Below the pieces are notes generated by a model that ran no database searches, was not told the DNA's origin, and saw only the letters and a program-made list of their open reading frames with translations. From Patescibacteria group bacterium (GTDB lineage: Bacteria > Patescibacteriota > Patescibacteriia > UBA9570), in NCBI GenBank assembly GCA_041660305.1, contig JBAZWO010000002.1:196739-260738 (forward strand): a DNA stretch of 64,000 nt. Direction: 5' to 3'. Below are positions 1 through 10,141 of this stretch, piece after piece; position 1 is the first letter of the stretch; each line of letters opens with the position of its first letter. Made by a program: the position numbers and the translations under genes.

Positions 1-999
1 TTTAAAGTAGGAGTAGAAGAATTTGGTATTGGTTTTCCACCGCGTCTTTATGGTATCAAACGCAAGCAAACAATTTATTCAATTAATTGGATACCATTAG
101 GCGGGTTTGTGAAAATAAAAGGTATTGTTGGTGGTGATCAAATGGATACTAGTGGTCAGACAGCTGAATCAGTTACGAGTGATCATTTTAATAGCCATGC
201 TATGTGGCAGCGTTTTTTAATTTTATTTGGTGGTATTTTTATGAATTTGTTATTGGCAGCTAGTATTTTTAGTATGGGTTACTATATTGGTTTTCCGTCT
301 GGTTTAGCCAATTTACCTAATAATGCTAATGTTACACAACGAGCTGTGGTAATTGTAAATAGTGATAAAGCTAATTTATTAGTTGGTGATGAAATTATTA
401 CTATTAACGGCCAAACGATACAGTCGGTTAGTGATATGCAATTATTATTAAACAATTCAGCTGCTGTAGATGCTGTGGTTTTATTAAAACGAGAGGCTAA
501 GGATATTCAAGTAACTATTCCAATTATTACGTTAGATGCGGCTGGTAAACATGGTTTTGGCGTAGCGGTAACTGATACTGGAATAGTCTCAATGCCTTTT
601 TTCACAGCCATAAAATATGGCGTCGGACAAACTCTGGCTTTAACTAAACAGATATTACAAGCGCTCAGTGGCATGGTAGCTAGTTTATTTACTCGATCAC
701 CACAAATTGGTGAAGTAGCTGGGCCATTAGGTATTGCGGCTTTAACTAACCAAGCTACGCAATTAGGCTTAGTATATGTATTACAGTTTGCGGCTATGTT
801 GTCGCTTAATTTAGCAATTTTTAATCTTTTACCAATTCCAGCGCTGGATGGTGGTAGAATTATTTTTTTGCTGTATGAATTAATCGCTCGTAAGCCGGCT
901 AATCAAAAAATAGAAGCGGCCGTACATAATATAGGATTTCTATTATTGTTAATATTGATTATCTTAGTAACGATAAAAGATATTGTTAAAATATTTTAA
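1..999 (+). CDS. rseP: RseP/RasP-type site-2 (M50) membrane metalloprotease, 5'-partial
   Basis: Frame 1 is open from base 1 (FKVGVEEFGIGFPPRLYG...NWIPLGGFVKIKG), so the gene starts upstream of the window. It has a PDZ-like middle region and the C-terminal NLLPIPALDGGRI motif typical of M50 proteases. The HExxH motif would lie upstream. Confidence 0.85.
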   Translation, partial: FKVGVEEFGIGFPPRLYGIKRKQTIYSINWIPLGGFVKIKGIVGGDQMDTSGQTAESVTSDHFNSHAMWQRFLILFGGIFMNLLLAASIFSMGYYIGFPSGLANLPNNANVTQRAVVIVNSDKANLLVGDEIITINGQTIQSVSDMQLLLNNSAAVDAVVLLKREAKDIQVTIPIITLDAAGKHGFGVAVTDTGIVSMPFFTAIKYGVGQTLALTKQILQALSGMVASLFTRSPQIGEVAGPLGIAALTNQATQLGLVYVLQFAAMLSLNLAIFNLLPIPALDGGRIIFLLYELIARKPANQKIEAAVHNIGFLLLLILIILVTIKDIVKIF

Positions 1000-1001
1000 T
1001 T

Positions 1002-2678
1002 ATGCGCCAATCCAGATTATTTACCAAAACCCAAAAACAAGTAGCACCACATCTGAAGTTGGCTAGCCATCGCTTGTTACACCAAGCTGGTTATATTAGA
1101 GAATCAACTGCTGGGCGCTATTATTTTTTACCACTTGGTTTAAAGGTACGTGATAAAATAGTACAAATAATAGAACAGGAAATGAACGCCGCTGGTGCTA
1201 TTAAAATGTTAACTCCGGTTTTACATCCACTGGAATTATGGCGAGAAACTAACCGAGCATCATCAGTTGGTTTTGAACTGATGACTATTAAAGATCGGAA
1301 TGGCGCTGAATTTGCTTTAGGTGGTACGGCTGAAGAAATGATGGTTGATTTAGTACGTAAATTTACGTTAAGCTATCGGGATTTACCATTTAATATTTAT
1401 CAATTTTCGCAAAAGTTTCGCGATGAATTAAGAGCTAGGGGAGGCTTGTTACGAGTGCGAGAATTTTTAATGAAGGACTCTTATTCGTTTCATGCTTCAG
1501 AGGCAGATTTTAAACAAGAGTATCAAAACATGCGTGAAACGTATCAGCGAATTTTTAGTAAGCTACAGTTGAAGGCTTTAGTAGTAGAGGCCGATAATGG
1601 CTATATTGGCGGCGATTATTGTCATGAATTTGTGGTAGAACATCCAGCTGGAGAAAGTCGCTTTTTAATGACAGAAGATGGTACGTATGCCGCCCATGAA
1701 GATGTGGCCGTCTTTGCTAAAAATAATCAAGCGGTTACTCCAGAACCTTGTAAACCATTAACCGAAGTAGCCGCTGTGCGAGAAGCTACTATGGCAGCCG
1801 GTGTAGTTTTACACCAAATTCCGTTAACTAAACATCTAAAAAATGTACTCTATGTTGATGAAAATCAACGTTTGGTGCTAGCTGTATTACGGGGTGATCT
1901 GAGTGTAAATGAAACAAAACTAAAACATGTAGCTGCTGCAAATACTTTGCGTATGGCCACAGCAGAAGAAATTGCCAATATAAACAGTGTAGCTGGTTTC
2001 TTATCACCAGTAGGCATAACCAAAGCGGTATATATTGTAGCTGATGATTCAACTACAACTTTAATTAATGCTTGTAGTGGAGCCAATAAATTTCAACGCG
2101 ATTATCTGAATATTAATATCAAGCGAGATTATACCCCAAATGTTATTGGTGATATTGCCATGGCTGAAGCTGGCTACGTTACTAAGAGCAAGCAGACATT
2201 AGTTGAGCGGCGTGGAATAGAGGTGGGTAATATTTTTCAATTAGGCTATCACTATAGTAAGTTAATGCAAGCTAATTTTATTAATCAGGCCGGCCAAGCA
2301 GAATTGTATTATATGGGTTGTTATGGTATTGGTGTAGATAGAACTTTGGCTACTATTGTTGAACTATTTCATGATGATAAAGGTATTTGCTGGCCAGAAA
2401 TTGTTAGTCCATTTAAATTTCATTTACTCAACTTGAACAAAGATAGTGTTCAATCTGATAAAGTTTATCAGGCTTTACAAAAAGTAGGTTTTGAGGTACT
2501 TTATGATGATCGGGTGGTATCGGCTGGTATTAAATTAAACGATGCCGATTTAATTGGCATTACTTATCGTTTAATAGTTGGTGCAAAAACCGGTAATAAC
2601 ATTGAATATAAAAGTCGTTCCAGTAAACAAGCAGAATTAATTAGTCTGACAGAAATAATTAAAAGACATGTTCAATAA
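1002..2678 (+). CDS. proS: Prolyl-tRNA synthetase (bacterial type)
   Basis: 558 aa. Class II motifs are FRDELRARGGLLRVREFLMKDSYSF, GGTAEEMMVDL and GCYGIGVDRTLA. Confidence 0.93.
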   Translation: MRQSRLFTKTQKQVAPHLKLASHRLLHQAGYIRESTAGRYYFLPLGLKVRDKIVQIIEQEMNAAGAIKMLTPVLHPLELWRETNRASSVGFELMTIKDRNGAEFALGGTAEEMMVDLVRKFTLSYRDLPFNIYQFSQKFRDELRARGGLLRVREFLMKDSYSFHASEADFKQEYQNMRETYQRIFSKLQLKALVVEADNGYIGGDYCHEFVVEHPAGESRFLMTEDGTYAAHEDVAVFAKNNQAVTPEPCKPLTEVAAVREATMAAGVVLHQIPLTKHLKNVLYVDENQRLVLAVLRGDLSVNETKLKHVAAANTLRMATAEEIANINSVAGFLSPVGITKAVYIVADDSTTTLINACSGANKFQRDYLNINIKRDYTPNVIGDIAMAEAGYVTKSKQTLVERRGIEVGNIFQLGYHYSKLMQANFINQAGQAELYYMGCYGIGVDRTLATIVELFHDDKGICWPEIVSPFKFHLLNLNKDSVQSDKVYQALQKVGFEVLYDDRVVSAGIKLNDADLIGITYRLIVGAKTGNNIEYKSRSSKQAELISLTEIIKRHVQ

Positions 2679-3717
2679 TTTATTTGGCAAAGTTTCATCA
2701 AAAGATATTGGTATTGATTTAGGCACTACTAATACTTTATTGTACGTTCATGATAAAGGGATTGTGGTTAACGAACCATCGGTAGTAGCGATTAATAATC
2801 GTAATGATCAAATCGTAGCGGTTGGCAAAGAAGCTGAAGCTATGTTAGGCAAAACGCCGGCACATATTACAGCCACCCGCCCATTAGTAAATGGCGTGGT
2901 GTCTGATTTTGAAGTGACTGAAAAAATGCTGAAGCATTTTATTAGTAAAATTCAACACGATTCTTTTTCTATGTTATCACGTCCGCGTGTAGTAGTAGCC
3001 ATACCATTAGGTGTTACTGAAGTGGAACGTAAGGCAGTAGAAGATGCTGCTAAAAATGCTGGTGCTAGAGAAGTTATTTTAGTCGAAGAACCCATGGCGG
3101 CAGCCATTGGAGCACGTTTACCAATTCAGGAATCTACTGGCAGTATGATTATAGATATCGGCGGTGGTACTACTGAAATTGCGGTCATATCATTAGGCGG
3201 AGTGGTCAATTGGCGGTCATTACGTACAGCGGGTGATGATTTTAATCAAGACATTGTTAATTATTGTCGAGATAATTTTAATTTATTAATTGGCGAACCA
3301 ACTGCTGAAGAAGTAAAAATTATTCTAGGTTCAGCAGCACCGCTAGATGAAGAATTAGTCATGAAAGTAAAAGGACGAGATCTAATTACCGGCTTACCTA
3401 AAGAGCTGGAAATTAATAGCCAACATATTCGAGTGGCCATGGAACGAGTAATTAACGCCATTTTAGAAAGTATTTTAAGCACTATTGAAAGTACACCACC
3501 GGAATTATTAGTTGATATATATGAACGCGGCATTGTGTTAAGTGGTGGTGGTGCGTTATTGCCGAAATTAGATCAACGTATTGCAGCCCACGTTAATATA
3601 CCAGTTCGAGTAGTTGACGATCCATTAACAACAGTGGCGCGTGGCACAGGTATTATTTTAGATGATTTAGATAATCTACGAGCAGTGGTGTCTCCTGGCG
3701 TTATTCCACTTAATTAA
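2668..3717 (+). CDS. mreB: Rod-shape determining actin homologue MreB
   Basis: IGIDLGTTNTLLYV, DIGGGTTEIAVISLGG and LSGGGALL motifs. It is followed by mreC and mreD. Confidence 0.95.
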   Translation: MFNNLFGKVSSKDIGIDLGTTNTLLYVHDKGIVVNEPSVVAINNRNDQIVAVGKEAEAMLGKTPAHITATRPLVNGVVSDFEVTEKMLKHFISKIQHDSFSMLSRPRVVVAIPLGVTEVERKAVEDAAKNAGAREVILVEEPMAAAIGARLPIQESTGSMIIDIGGGTTEIAVISLGGVVNWRSLRTAGDDFNQDIVNYCRDNFNLLIGEPTAEEVKIILGSAAPLDEELVMKVKGRDLITGLPKELEINSQHIRVAMERVINAILESILSTIESTPPELLVDIYERGIVLSGGGALLPKLDQRIAAHVNIPVRVVDDPLTTVARGTGIILDDLDNLRAVVSPGVIPLN

Positions 3718-3726
3718 GACGCTATT

Positions 3727-4530
3727 ATGCAATTTTTGCGACAAAATATACGACTACTATTATTAAGTGGTTTATTAATAATTATTTTAGTGAGTCTGTA
3801 TTACTTAGGGGCATTAACACCAGTACAAAAATTAACCCGTTGGCTAATTCAGCCGATACAGAATTGGAGTTATCAGTTAATTAATCGAGCTATACCACTA
3901 CAAAATACCACTGAGCAAAATTTATTATCGGAAAATGATTTTTTAAAAAATAAATTAACTGTTTTAACTGAACAAAATTTACAATTACAACAAACCTTGC
4001 AACAATATAAAGAATACGAAAATCAATTACGTTTTGCTCAGGTGCAAAATTATCAATTTGTTCCAGCAAAAATTATTTCTCGAGTTGGCCAAGGGCAAGC
4101 CTTAGCCTTGTTTACTATTAATCAAGGCAAAACCATGGGCGTAACTATTGGCGATGCGGTAGTATATAATGACGGGGTATTAATTGGTTTGGTGTATCAA
4201 GTTTATGATGAAGCGGCTGATGTAGTGCCGTTGACTAGTAATTTAACTAAGTTACAAGCGATGACGTTAACTAATAATAAAACCACTGGTTTAGTAACTG
4301 GTTCTTATGGTACCGGTTTACAGATGGAATTTATTTTAAAAGATCAAATAATTCAATCCGGGGATTTAGTAGTTACTAAAGCCGATCAACAGTTGCCAGC
4401 TGGTTTAATAATTGGCACAGTACAAACTATTAACGATCAAGCTAGTGAATTATTTAAAACAGCCATGCTTGTACCAATGATCAACTATGGAGCCAATTCC
4501 ATTGTTTCAGTGATTACAATAAAATCATGA
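3727..4530 (+). CDS. mreC: Rod-shape determining protein MreC
   Basis: N-terminal TM helix, coiled coil (LTEQNLQLQQTLQQYKEYENQL) and C-terminal beta domain. Its position between mreB and mreD supports the call. Confidence 0.8.
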   Translation: MQFLRQNIRLLLLSGLLIIILVSLYYLGALTPVQKLTRWLIQPIQNWSYQLINRAIPLQNTTEQNLLSENDFLKNKLTVLTEQNLQLQQTLQQYKEYENQLRFAQVQNYQFVPAKIISRVGQGQALALFTINQGKTMGVTIGDAVVYNDGVLIGLVYQVYDEAADVVPLTSNLTKLQAMTLTNNKTTGLVTGSYGTGLQMEFILKDQIIQSGDLVVTKADQQLPAGLIIGTVQTINDQASELFKTAMLVPMINYGANSIVSVITIKS

Positions 4531-5048
4531 AACGAATTAGTCGATGGCTCAGTCAAGGATTGTTAATATATTTGAGTATTGTTGTTGATTTAGCAATTTT
4601 AACATTGCCAGGCTGGTCTTATAGTTTTAGTTTAAGTGCGGTTATTAGTATAATAGTTTGTCTACATTATCGTTTAACCACCACATTGTTATGGATATTT
4701 ATTCAAGCTAGTTTACTTAATTTAGCGATGCCTAATCCATTTGGGATATATATAATAATATTTTTTTTATTAGTAGTAATTGTTAAAATGTTATATTTTA
4801 ATTGGTTAAAACAAAAAGTATATTCTTATTATTTTGTCATTAGCATATTAAGTTTAACCATTATGCAAATAATGTTTTATCTTTTACATAAATTATTGTA
4901 TAATGCAGCTATATTATTAGTTAATCCAGTAGCTGGATTAACTTTTAGTGCAGCCGCTGGTGGTGTAATCATAATGAGTAGTAGTGTATTGTTATTTAAT
5001 TATCTCTATGAAAGATATTTTTCATCCTTATTTAGACCGCACTATTAA
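4527..5048 (+). CDS. mreD: MreD-like polytopic membrane protein
   Basis: 173 aa and very hydrophobic. A 4-bp overlap couples it to mreC, and synteny is mreBCD-mrdA. The call is positional more than motif based. Confidence 0.6.
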   Translation: MKRISRWLSQGLLIYLSIVVDLAILTLPGWSYSFSLSAVISIIVCLHYRLTTTLLWIFIQASLLNLAMPNPFGIYIIIFFLLVVIVKMLYFNWLKQKVYSYYFVISILSLTIMQIMFYLLHKLLYNAAILLVNPVAGLTFSAAAGGVIIMSSSVLLFNYLYERYFSSLFRPHY

Positions 5049-6954
5049 GGATAAAAAAATTGATATAAAATACACTAAACAATTAGTTGATTTTAGTGCT
5101 CCGGAAAATGTCAAAAATGATTTTTTAGGTGGTGTGTTGGCTGACTATAAAATAGCTAGTTTGTTTGTTTTGTTTGGGCTAGGGTTTGTTTTATTAATGA
5201 GTAGATTATTTTATGTGCAAATTATTAAAGGTGATTATTATTTAGCCCAAGCAGAAAATAATCGCATTCACATTAATTATCTACCGGCTCCTCGTGGTAT
5301 TATTTATGATACTAAGCGTGTGCCACTAGTATCCAATATTCCAAATTTCATGGTAGTAATTTCTACCACTGAATTACCAACCGATCCAACGATTTATCAA
5401 GCGGCTATCCAAACTATCGCTAATGTTTTAGTTTTATCTGAAGCGGATTTAGCCAATACGATTACCCAACATAATGAACAATTTACTAGCCAGCCATTAA
5501 TTGTAAAAGATGATATTCCGTATGAGCAAGCTTTAACAATAGCCACTAGCTTAAAACAAATATCAGGGGTAGGATTAGAAGCCCAAGCTATTCGCTCATA
5601 TCCAAAAGCCGAAGCTTTTGCACATATTTTAGGTTATTTAAGTAAAATACAAAGTAGTGATTTAATTTTAATTGAAAATAATAATTATTTATTAACTGAT
5701 CGGATTGGCAAAACTGGTTTGGAAGCATTTTATGAAACCGAGCTAAAAGGAAAAAAAGGACGTGAACAAATTGAAGTTAACCCTAGCGGTTTAAATATCA
5801 AACAATTAGCTAAAGAAGAACCGCAAGCTGGTCATAATATTATTTTAGCTTTAGATAGTAATTTACAAACAGTACTATATAATGCTTTAGCTGATACAGC
5901 TAAAACTAAACAGTTGCCAGGAGGAGCTGCCATTGCCTTAGATCCGCGTAATGGTCAAATTAAGGCTTTAGTTAGTTATCCTGGTTATGATAACAATCTA
6001 TTCACCAAAGGGATTAGTCAGGCAGATTATACCGCTTTAAATAATGATAACCATAAACCATTATTTAATAAAGCTATTTCTGGTAATTATCCATCCGGTT
6101 CTACTTTTAAGTTAGTAGTATCCGCTGCCGGTTTACAAGAGGGGATTATTACTCCAACTACTACGGTAAATAGTATAGGCGGCATTACCATTAATAAATC
6201 AAAATTTCCAGATTGGAAAACAGGCGGTCATGGTATCACTAATATTTATCAAGCTTTGGCTTGGTCGGTAAATACCTATTTTTATATTTTAGGCGGTGGT
6301 ACTTACGATGAGAACACTAATACTATTACTGGTGGTTTAGGAATTGAGCGCATTAATAATTATGCCAAATTGTTTGGCTTAGGTAAAACCACAGGCATTG
6401 ATTTGCCTTATGAAGCAGAAGGATTTTTACCGTCGCCTACTTGGAAAGAGACTATAAAACAAGAAAACTGGTATATTGGTGATACTTATCATGTAGCTAT
6501 TGGTCAAGGTGATTTATTAGTAACGCCTTTGCAAGTAGCTTTATATACCAGTGTCATTGCTAATGGCGGCATATTGTTTCAGCCAAAATTAGTCGATGCC
6601 ATTACCGATCAATCTGGTAATGAAATTACTAAGGTTACGCCCATGGTAATACGAGATCATGTTGTTGATCAAGCTAATCTAGCTATAGTTAAAGAAGGCA
6701 TGCGTCAAGCAGTTACCATTGGTAGTGCCAAAAAAATAGCAAATTTGCCAGTGACTAGTGGTGCAAAAACCGGTACGGCTCAGGTAGCTGGTAATGATCA
6801 AAACTTATCTTGGTTTACTGTGTTTGCACCATATGACGATCCAGAATTAGTGATTACTGTTTTAGTAGAAGATGGTGGTGAAGGAGCGGATAGCGCTTTA
6901 CCAATTGCGAAACAAGCATTGTTGGAGTATTTTTCAAAAATAGCACAAGATTAA
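4984..6954 (+). CDS. mrdA: Penicillin-binding protein 2 (elongasome transpeptidase)
   Basis: SXXK (STFK), SXN (SVN) and KTG (KTGTA) motifs, with an N-terminal TM anchor. The true start is probably the ATG at 5008 (MKDIFHPY...). Confidence 0.9.
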   Translation: MYCYLIISMKDIFHPYLDRTIKDKKIDIKYTKQLVDFSAPENVKNDFLGGVLADYKIASLFVLFGLGFVLLMSRLFYVQIIKGDYYLAQAENNRIHINYLPAPRGIIYDTKRVPLVSNIPNFMVVISTTELPTDPTIYQAAIQTIANVLVLSEADLANTITQHNEQFTSQPLIVKDDIPYEQALTIATSLKQISGVGLEAQAIRSYPKAEAFAHILGYLSKIQSSDLILIENNNYLLTDRIGKTGLEAFYETELKGKKGREQIEVNPSGLNIKQLAKEEPQAGHNIILALDSNLQTVLYNALADTAKTKQLPGGAAIALDPRNGQIKALVSYPGYDNNLFTKGISQADYTALNNDNHKPLFNKAISGNYPSGSTFKLVVSAAGLQEGIITPTTTVNSIGGITINKSKFPDWKTGGHGITNIYQALAWSVNTYFYILGGGTYDENTNTITGGLGIERINNYAKLFGLGKTTGIDLPYEAEGFLPSPTWKETIKQENWYIGDTYHVAIGQGDLLVTPLQVALYTSVIANGGILFQPKLVDAITDQSGNEITKVTPMVIRDHVVDQANLAIVKEGMRQAVTIGSAKKIANLPVTSGAKTGTAQVAGNDQNLSWFTVFAPYDDPELVITVLVEDGGEGADSALPIAKQALLEYFSKIAQD

Positions 6955-7030
6955 AACAAAAAAACTAGCAAAATACTTCTTTATAGAGTATTATGTAAAT
7001 TAATATTATTAATTAATTCTTCATAAAAAT

Positions 7031-9595
7031 ATGATCTTAACAAAAATAGTTAAAGCCATAACACTTGGGTTGTTTATTGGAGTTGTTATGTTATCGGCCA
7101 AACCACAGGTCTTATTTGCCGCCGAACCATCTATTTCGATTGAAGATAAAATTAATACTGGCGGTTGGGGACAAGTAGTGAAAGTGGCTGGCAATTATGC
7201 TTATGCCACAGATTTAACCGGTACAGGGTTATACATTTTTTCATTAACAAATCCAGATAATCCGGTGTTAGTAGGTGAATATAACCCGCAAACGCCGTTG
7301 TACATGAATACTTTAGAAGTGGCGGGTAATTATGCGTATTTAGGCGAAAATGATTTTTTTGAAAAGGTTGATATTTCAAATCCTAAACATCCTGTGTTAG
7401 CTGGTAGTATTCATTTTTCAGAAATTGTGAACGATCCTATTTGGAGAGATAATCAAGCGGAAAGTGTGAATAAAATTTTTATTAATGATAATTATGCTTA
7501 TTTATCTGGAGGCTCTAGCGTGTTAACGGTAGTTGATTTAACTAGTTTAAAAATTCTTTATACCAGTTGGCCAAAATCATCACCTTACACTCCTGTATTG
7601 CAAGCTAACTCATTTCAACCAATCGCTAATTACAAGCAATATCTCTATGGCACTAGCACCTATCCAGAAGCTGGCTTTAAGGTATACGATCTGTCTAATC
7701 CGGCCGTGCCAACTCAAGTGTTGCTTAATTCCGATACCGATTTACTCACTCTTCATAATGCTGTAACTAAATATCCCTATATTTATGCCACTAGTACTAT
7801 TGGAAAATTAATTATTTTAGATATTACCAATCCAATTACGCCAGTTAAAATAAGCACTAGCACTAAAATAAACGATGATTTTACTTATAGCATGGCATTG
7901 GATAATAATAAAATCTATTACACAATTGATGGTGGCGTACAGGTAGTAGATGTTTCCAATGTAGCCGCTCCAAAATATACTAGTGAATTTACCTTTAGCA
8001 ACACAGACGTAGGAATGGAACGAGGTGTAGCCGCGTTTAAATCGTTTGCTTATGTGGTAAATATAGATAAGGGCGGTTTTCATACCATAGATTTTAGAAA
8101 CAATGAAAAACCGATATTAGTTAGTGATTTTAAATTATCTGGTAATATTAGAGATATTGTTGCAACTGATAAATATCAATTTGTAGGAGATGATGATAGT
8201 ATTTATATTTATGAGATTAATAATACTGACAATTTTGAATTAGTAAACACTATAACCGAGGTAGATGTTAATACACTAACGATTACTGATAGCTATTTGT
8301 ATGCAGGTGATTCATATGGACTGGTAAGCATTTATGATATTTCAAATCCAAAAACACCCAGTCTTAAATACAGAACAAATACAACAGAATTTATTGTTAA
8401 ACAAATTGTGATTGCACAAAATAGTTTAGTTTATGTTGTAGGGTCAGAAAATATTCATGTTTATGATGCGGGTGACTTATCTTCTGTAAAAGAACTAGCT
8501 ACCTTTGATGCACCTAGTGGTGTTACACAAGCAAAGTACAAAAATGGTTATTTATATTTACTCACACAGGAAAATGGCTTAAAAATATACGATGTATCGG
8601 ATGTAAATAAAATGACATTAGTTGGTAAATTAGCTACTGGTGAATTATCGATGGGTGGCTTATCACTGAAGGATACTTTAGCATATGTAGGAGATTGGAA
8701 TTCAGGCTTGCTGGTTATTGATGTAAGTAATCAAACAGCACCAACAATAATAAAACAATATTCTGATGTTAAAGAAATTAACGACATTGTTATTAATGAT
8801 CATTATGCTTATATAGCCTGTGGCAATTACGGTGTTAAAATTTATGATATCGCTAAATCAGAAAACATATCATTATTAACTTACTCTATACAAACACAAT
8901 TAGCCAATGCTAAAAATATAGCGAAAATTGGTGATTATTTAGCAGTTAATTCAGGTGGGTTAGTACTAGCAAAATTTTATCCAAATGGAAAGCTAATAAA
9001 AAATGTTGAACAAGATGGATATATTGAAACATACAGCATGTACGATCCAAATTCTAGTGAACAATTTGCTCAAGCAGTTACTCGGGTAACGGCAAAAAAG
9101 AAAGGTAAATTACTCATTAGCTACTCAGATGATAATACGTATGTATTTACAGTATTTAAAAACACAGTTAAAAGTTTGTTGGTGCAAACCGAAGCTAATA
9201 CTGGTTGGTTAAAATTGTTGCGTAAAGATGGTAAGCAACTAAAAATAATGAATCCGTTTACAGGTGATATTCAACAAACCTTGCGTCTTAGTAAAAAATC
9301 TGGACAGAATGTAATCATAAAACAAAATGATTTTAATCAAGACGGTATCAATGAAACGGTAGTGGTAATAAGTTATAAAGATAAAGTACGTACATTGTTG
9401 TATCAATGGAATGGTGCTAAGAAAAAATTAAGTAAACAAGCTGAAATGACAGATGAGTTAAATGAAACTAGCGCTGCAAAAATTACAATTACTGACAATG
9501 ATATTAAAATTAAAGATGTTAATTCAACAACGTTGTTAACGTATCATGTTACAGTAGATTATCAACTGAGTAGTATAGTGTTCGCTCAGTCTTGA
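7031..9595 (+). CDS. Large secreted LVIVD-repeat beta-propeller protein with an FG-GAP/VCBS-like C-terminus
   Basis: Signal peptide (LFIGVVMLSAKPQVLFA). At least 10 repeats of the type GNYAYxx...G(L/V)xIxD(V/I)SNPxxPxxxG. The C-terminal segment contains NQDGINETVVVI. Confidence 0.7.
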   Translation: MILTKIVKAITLGLFIGVVMLSAKPQVLFAAEPSISIEDKINTGGWGQVVKVAGNYAYATDLTGTGLYIFSLTNPDNPVLVGEYNPQTPLYMNTLEVAGNYAYLGENDFFEKVDISNPKHPVLAGSIHFSEIVNDPIWRDNQAESVNKIFINDNYAYLSGGSSVLTVVDLTSLKILYTSWPKSSPYTPVLQANSFQPIANYKQYLYGTSTYPEAGFKVYDLSNPAVPTQVLLNSDTDLLTLHNAVTKYPYIYATSTIGKLIILDITNPITPVKISTSTKINDDFTYSMALDNNKIYYTIDGGVQVVDVSNVAAPKYTSEFTFSNTDVGMERGVAAFKSFAYVVNIDKGGFHTIDFRNNEKPILVSDFKLSGNIRDIVATDKYQFVGDDDSIYIYEINNTDNFELVNTITEVDVNTLTITDSYLYAGDSYGLVSIYDISNPKTPSLKYRTNTTEFIVKQIVIAQNSLVYVVGSENIHVYDAGDLSSVKELATFDAPSGVTQAKYKNGYLYLLTQENGLKIYDVSDVNKMTLVGKLATGELSMGGLSLKDTLAYVGDWNSGLLVIDVSNQTAPTIIKQYSDVKEINDIVINDHYAYIACGNYGVKIYDIAKSENISLLTYSIQTQLANAKNIAKIGDYLAVNSGGLVLAKFYPNGKLIKNVEQDGYIETYSMYDPNSSEQFAQAVTRVTAKKKGKLLISYSDDNTYVFTVFKNTVKSLLVQTEANTGWLKLLRKDGKQLKIMNPFTGDIQQTLRLSKKSGQNVIIKQNDFNQDGINETVVVISYKDKVRTLLYQWNGAKKKLSKQAEMTDELNETSAAKITITDNDIKIKDVNSTTLLTYHVTVDYQLSSIVFAQS

Positions 9596-9649
9596 CATTT
9601 ATGCGTTATAATAATAGACTAGAACAACTTTACTATTTAATGTTATAAT
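9592..9649 (+). promoter_or_regulatory. Candidate greA promoter region
   Basis: TTGACA (9592-9597), a 17-nt spacer and TAGACT (9615-9620). There is also an extended -10, TGTTATAAT (9641-9649), only about 9 nt from the ATG at 9659, which suggests a very short or absent leader. Confidence 0.35.
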
Positions 9650-9658
9650 TAATGTCGT

Positions 9659-10129
9659 ATGAGTATAGACAAAACTATTTATTCTACTTCCGAGGGTTTA
9701 GAAAAATTACAAGCAGAATTAGAGTATTTAAAGGTTAGTAAACGTAAAGATATTGCCGGCAGAATTGCCTCGGCTAAAGAGTTAGGAGATTTATCAGAAA
9801 ATGCTGAATATAGTGATGCTAAAGAAGAACAAGGCTTAATGGAGCAACGAATTTTGGAGATTGAAGAAATTCTCAGAAATATCCAAGTCATTAAAAAGCC
9901 AAAAAAAACTAATTTAGTGGTAGTTGGTTCAAAGTTGGAAGTTGAGGATAATAATAAAGTAAAAGCAGTATTTGAGATCGTTGGCTCAAATGAAGCTAAT
10001 CCGTTAGAAGGTAAAATTTCTAACGAATCACCGTTGGGCGACGCGTTTCTTGGCCACAAAGTAGCGGATACGGTAAGGGTTAACGTGCCAAAAGGTTTGC
10101 TGGTTTACACAATTAAAAAAATCTTCTAA
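9659..10129 (+). CDS. greA: Transcription elongation factor GreA
   Basis: 156 aa. Coiled-coil N-terminus with GDLSENAEYSDAKEEQ, plus the C-terminal globular domain. Confidence 0.93.
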   Translation: MSIDKTIYSTSEGLEKLQAELEYLKVSKRKDIAGRIASAKELGDLSENAEYSDAKEEQGLMEQRILEIEEILRNIQVIKKPKKTNLVVVGSKLEVEDNNKVKAVFEIVGSNEANPLEGKISNESPLGDAFLGHKVADTVRVNVPKGLLVYTIKKIF

Positions 10130-10141
10130 TTATTTTTACGC

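Noticed and set aside
9679-10059. Antisense ORFs inside well-supported genes: 9679-10059 in greA, 16899-17267 in the WecG-like gene, 28782-29150 in DUF3048, 3261-3533 in mreB, several in pyrD, gatB, fbp and dnaE, and 61209-61457 opposite the sensor stub.
   Set aside because: All lie opposite strongly supported CDS, lack motifs and are typical six-frame noise.
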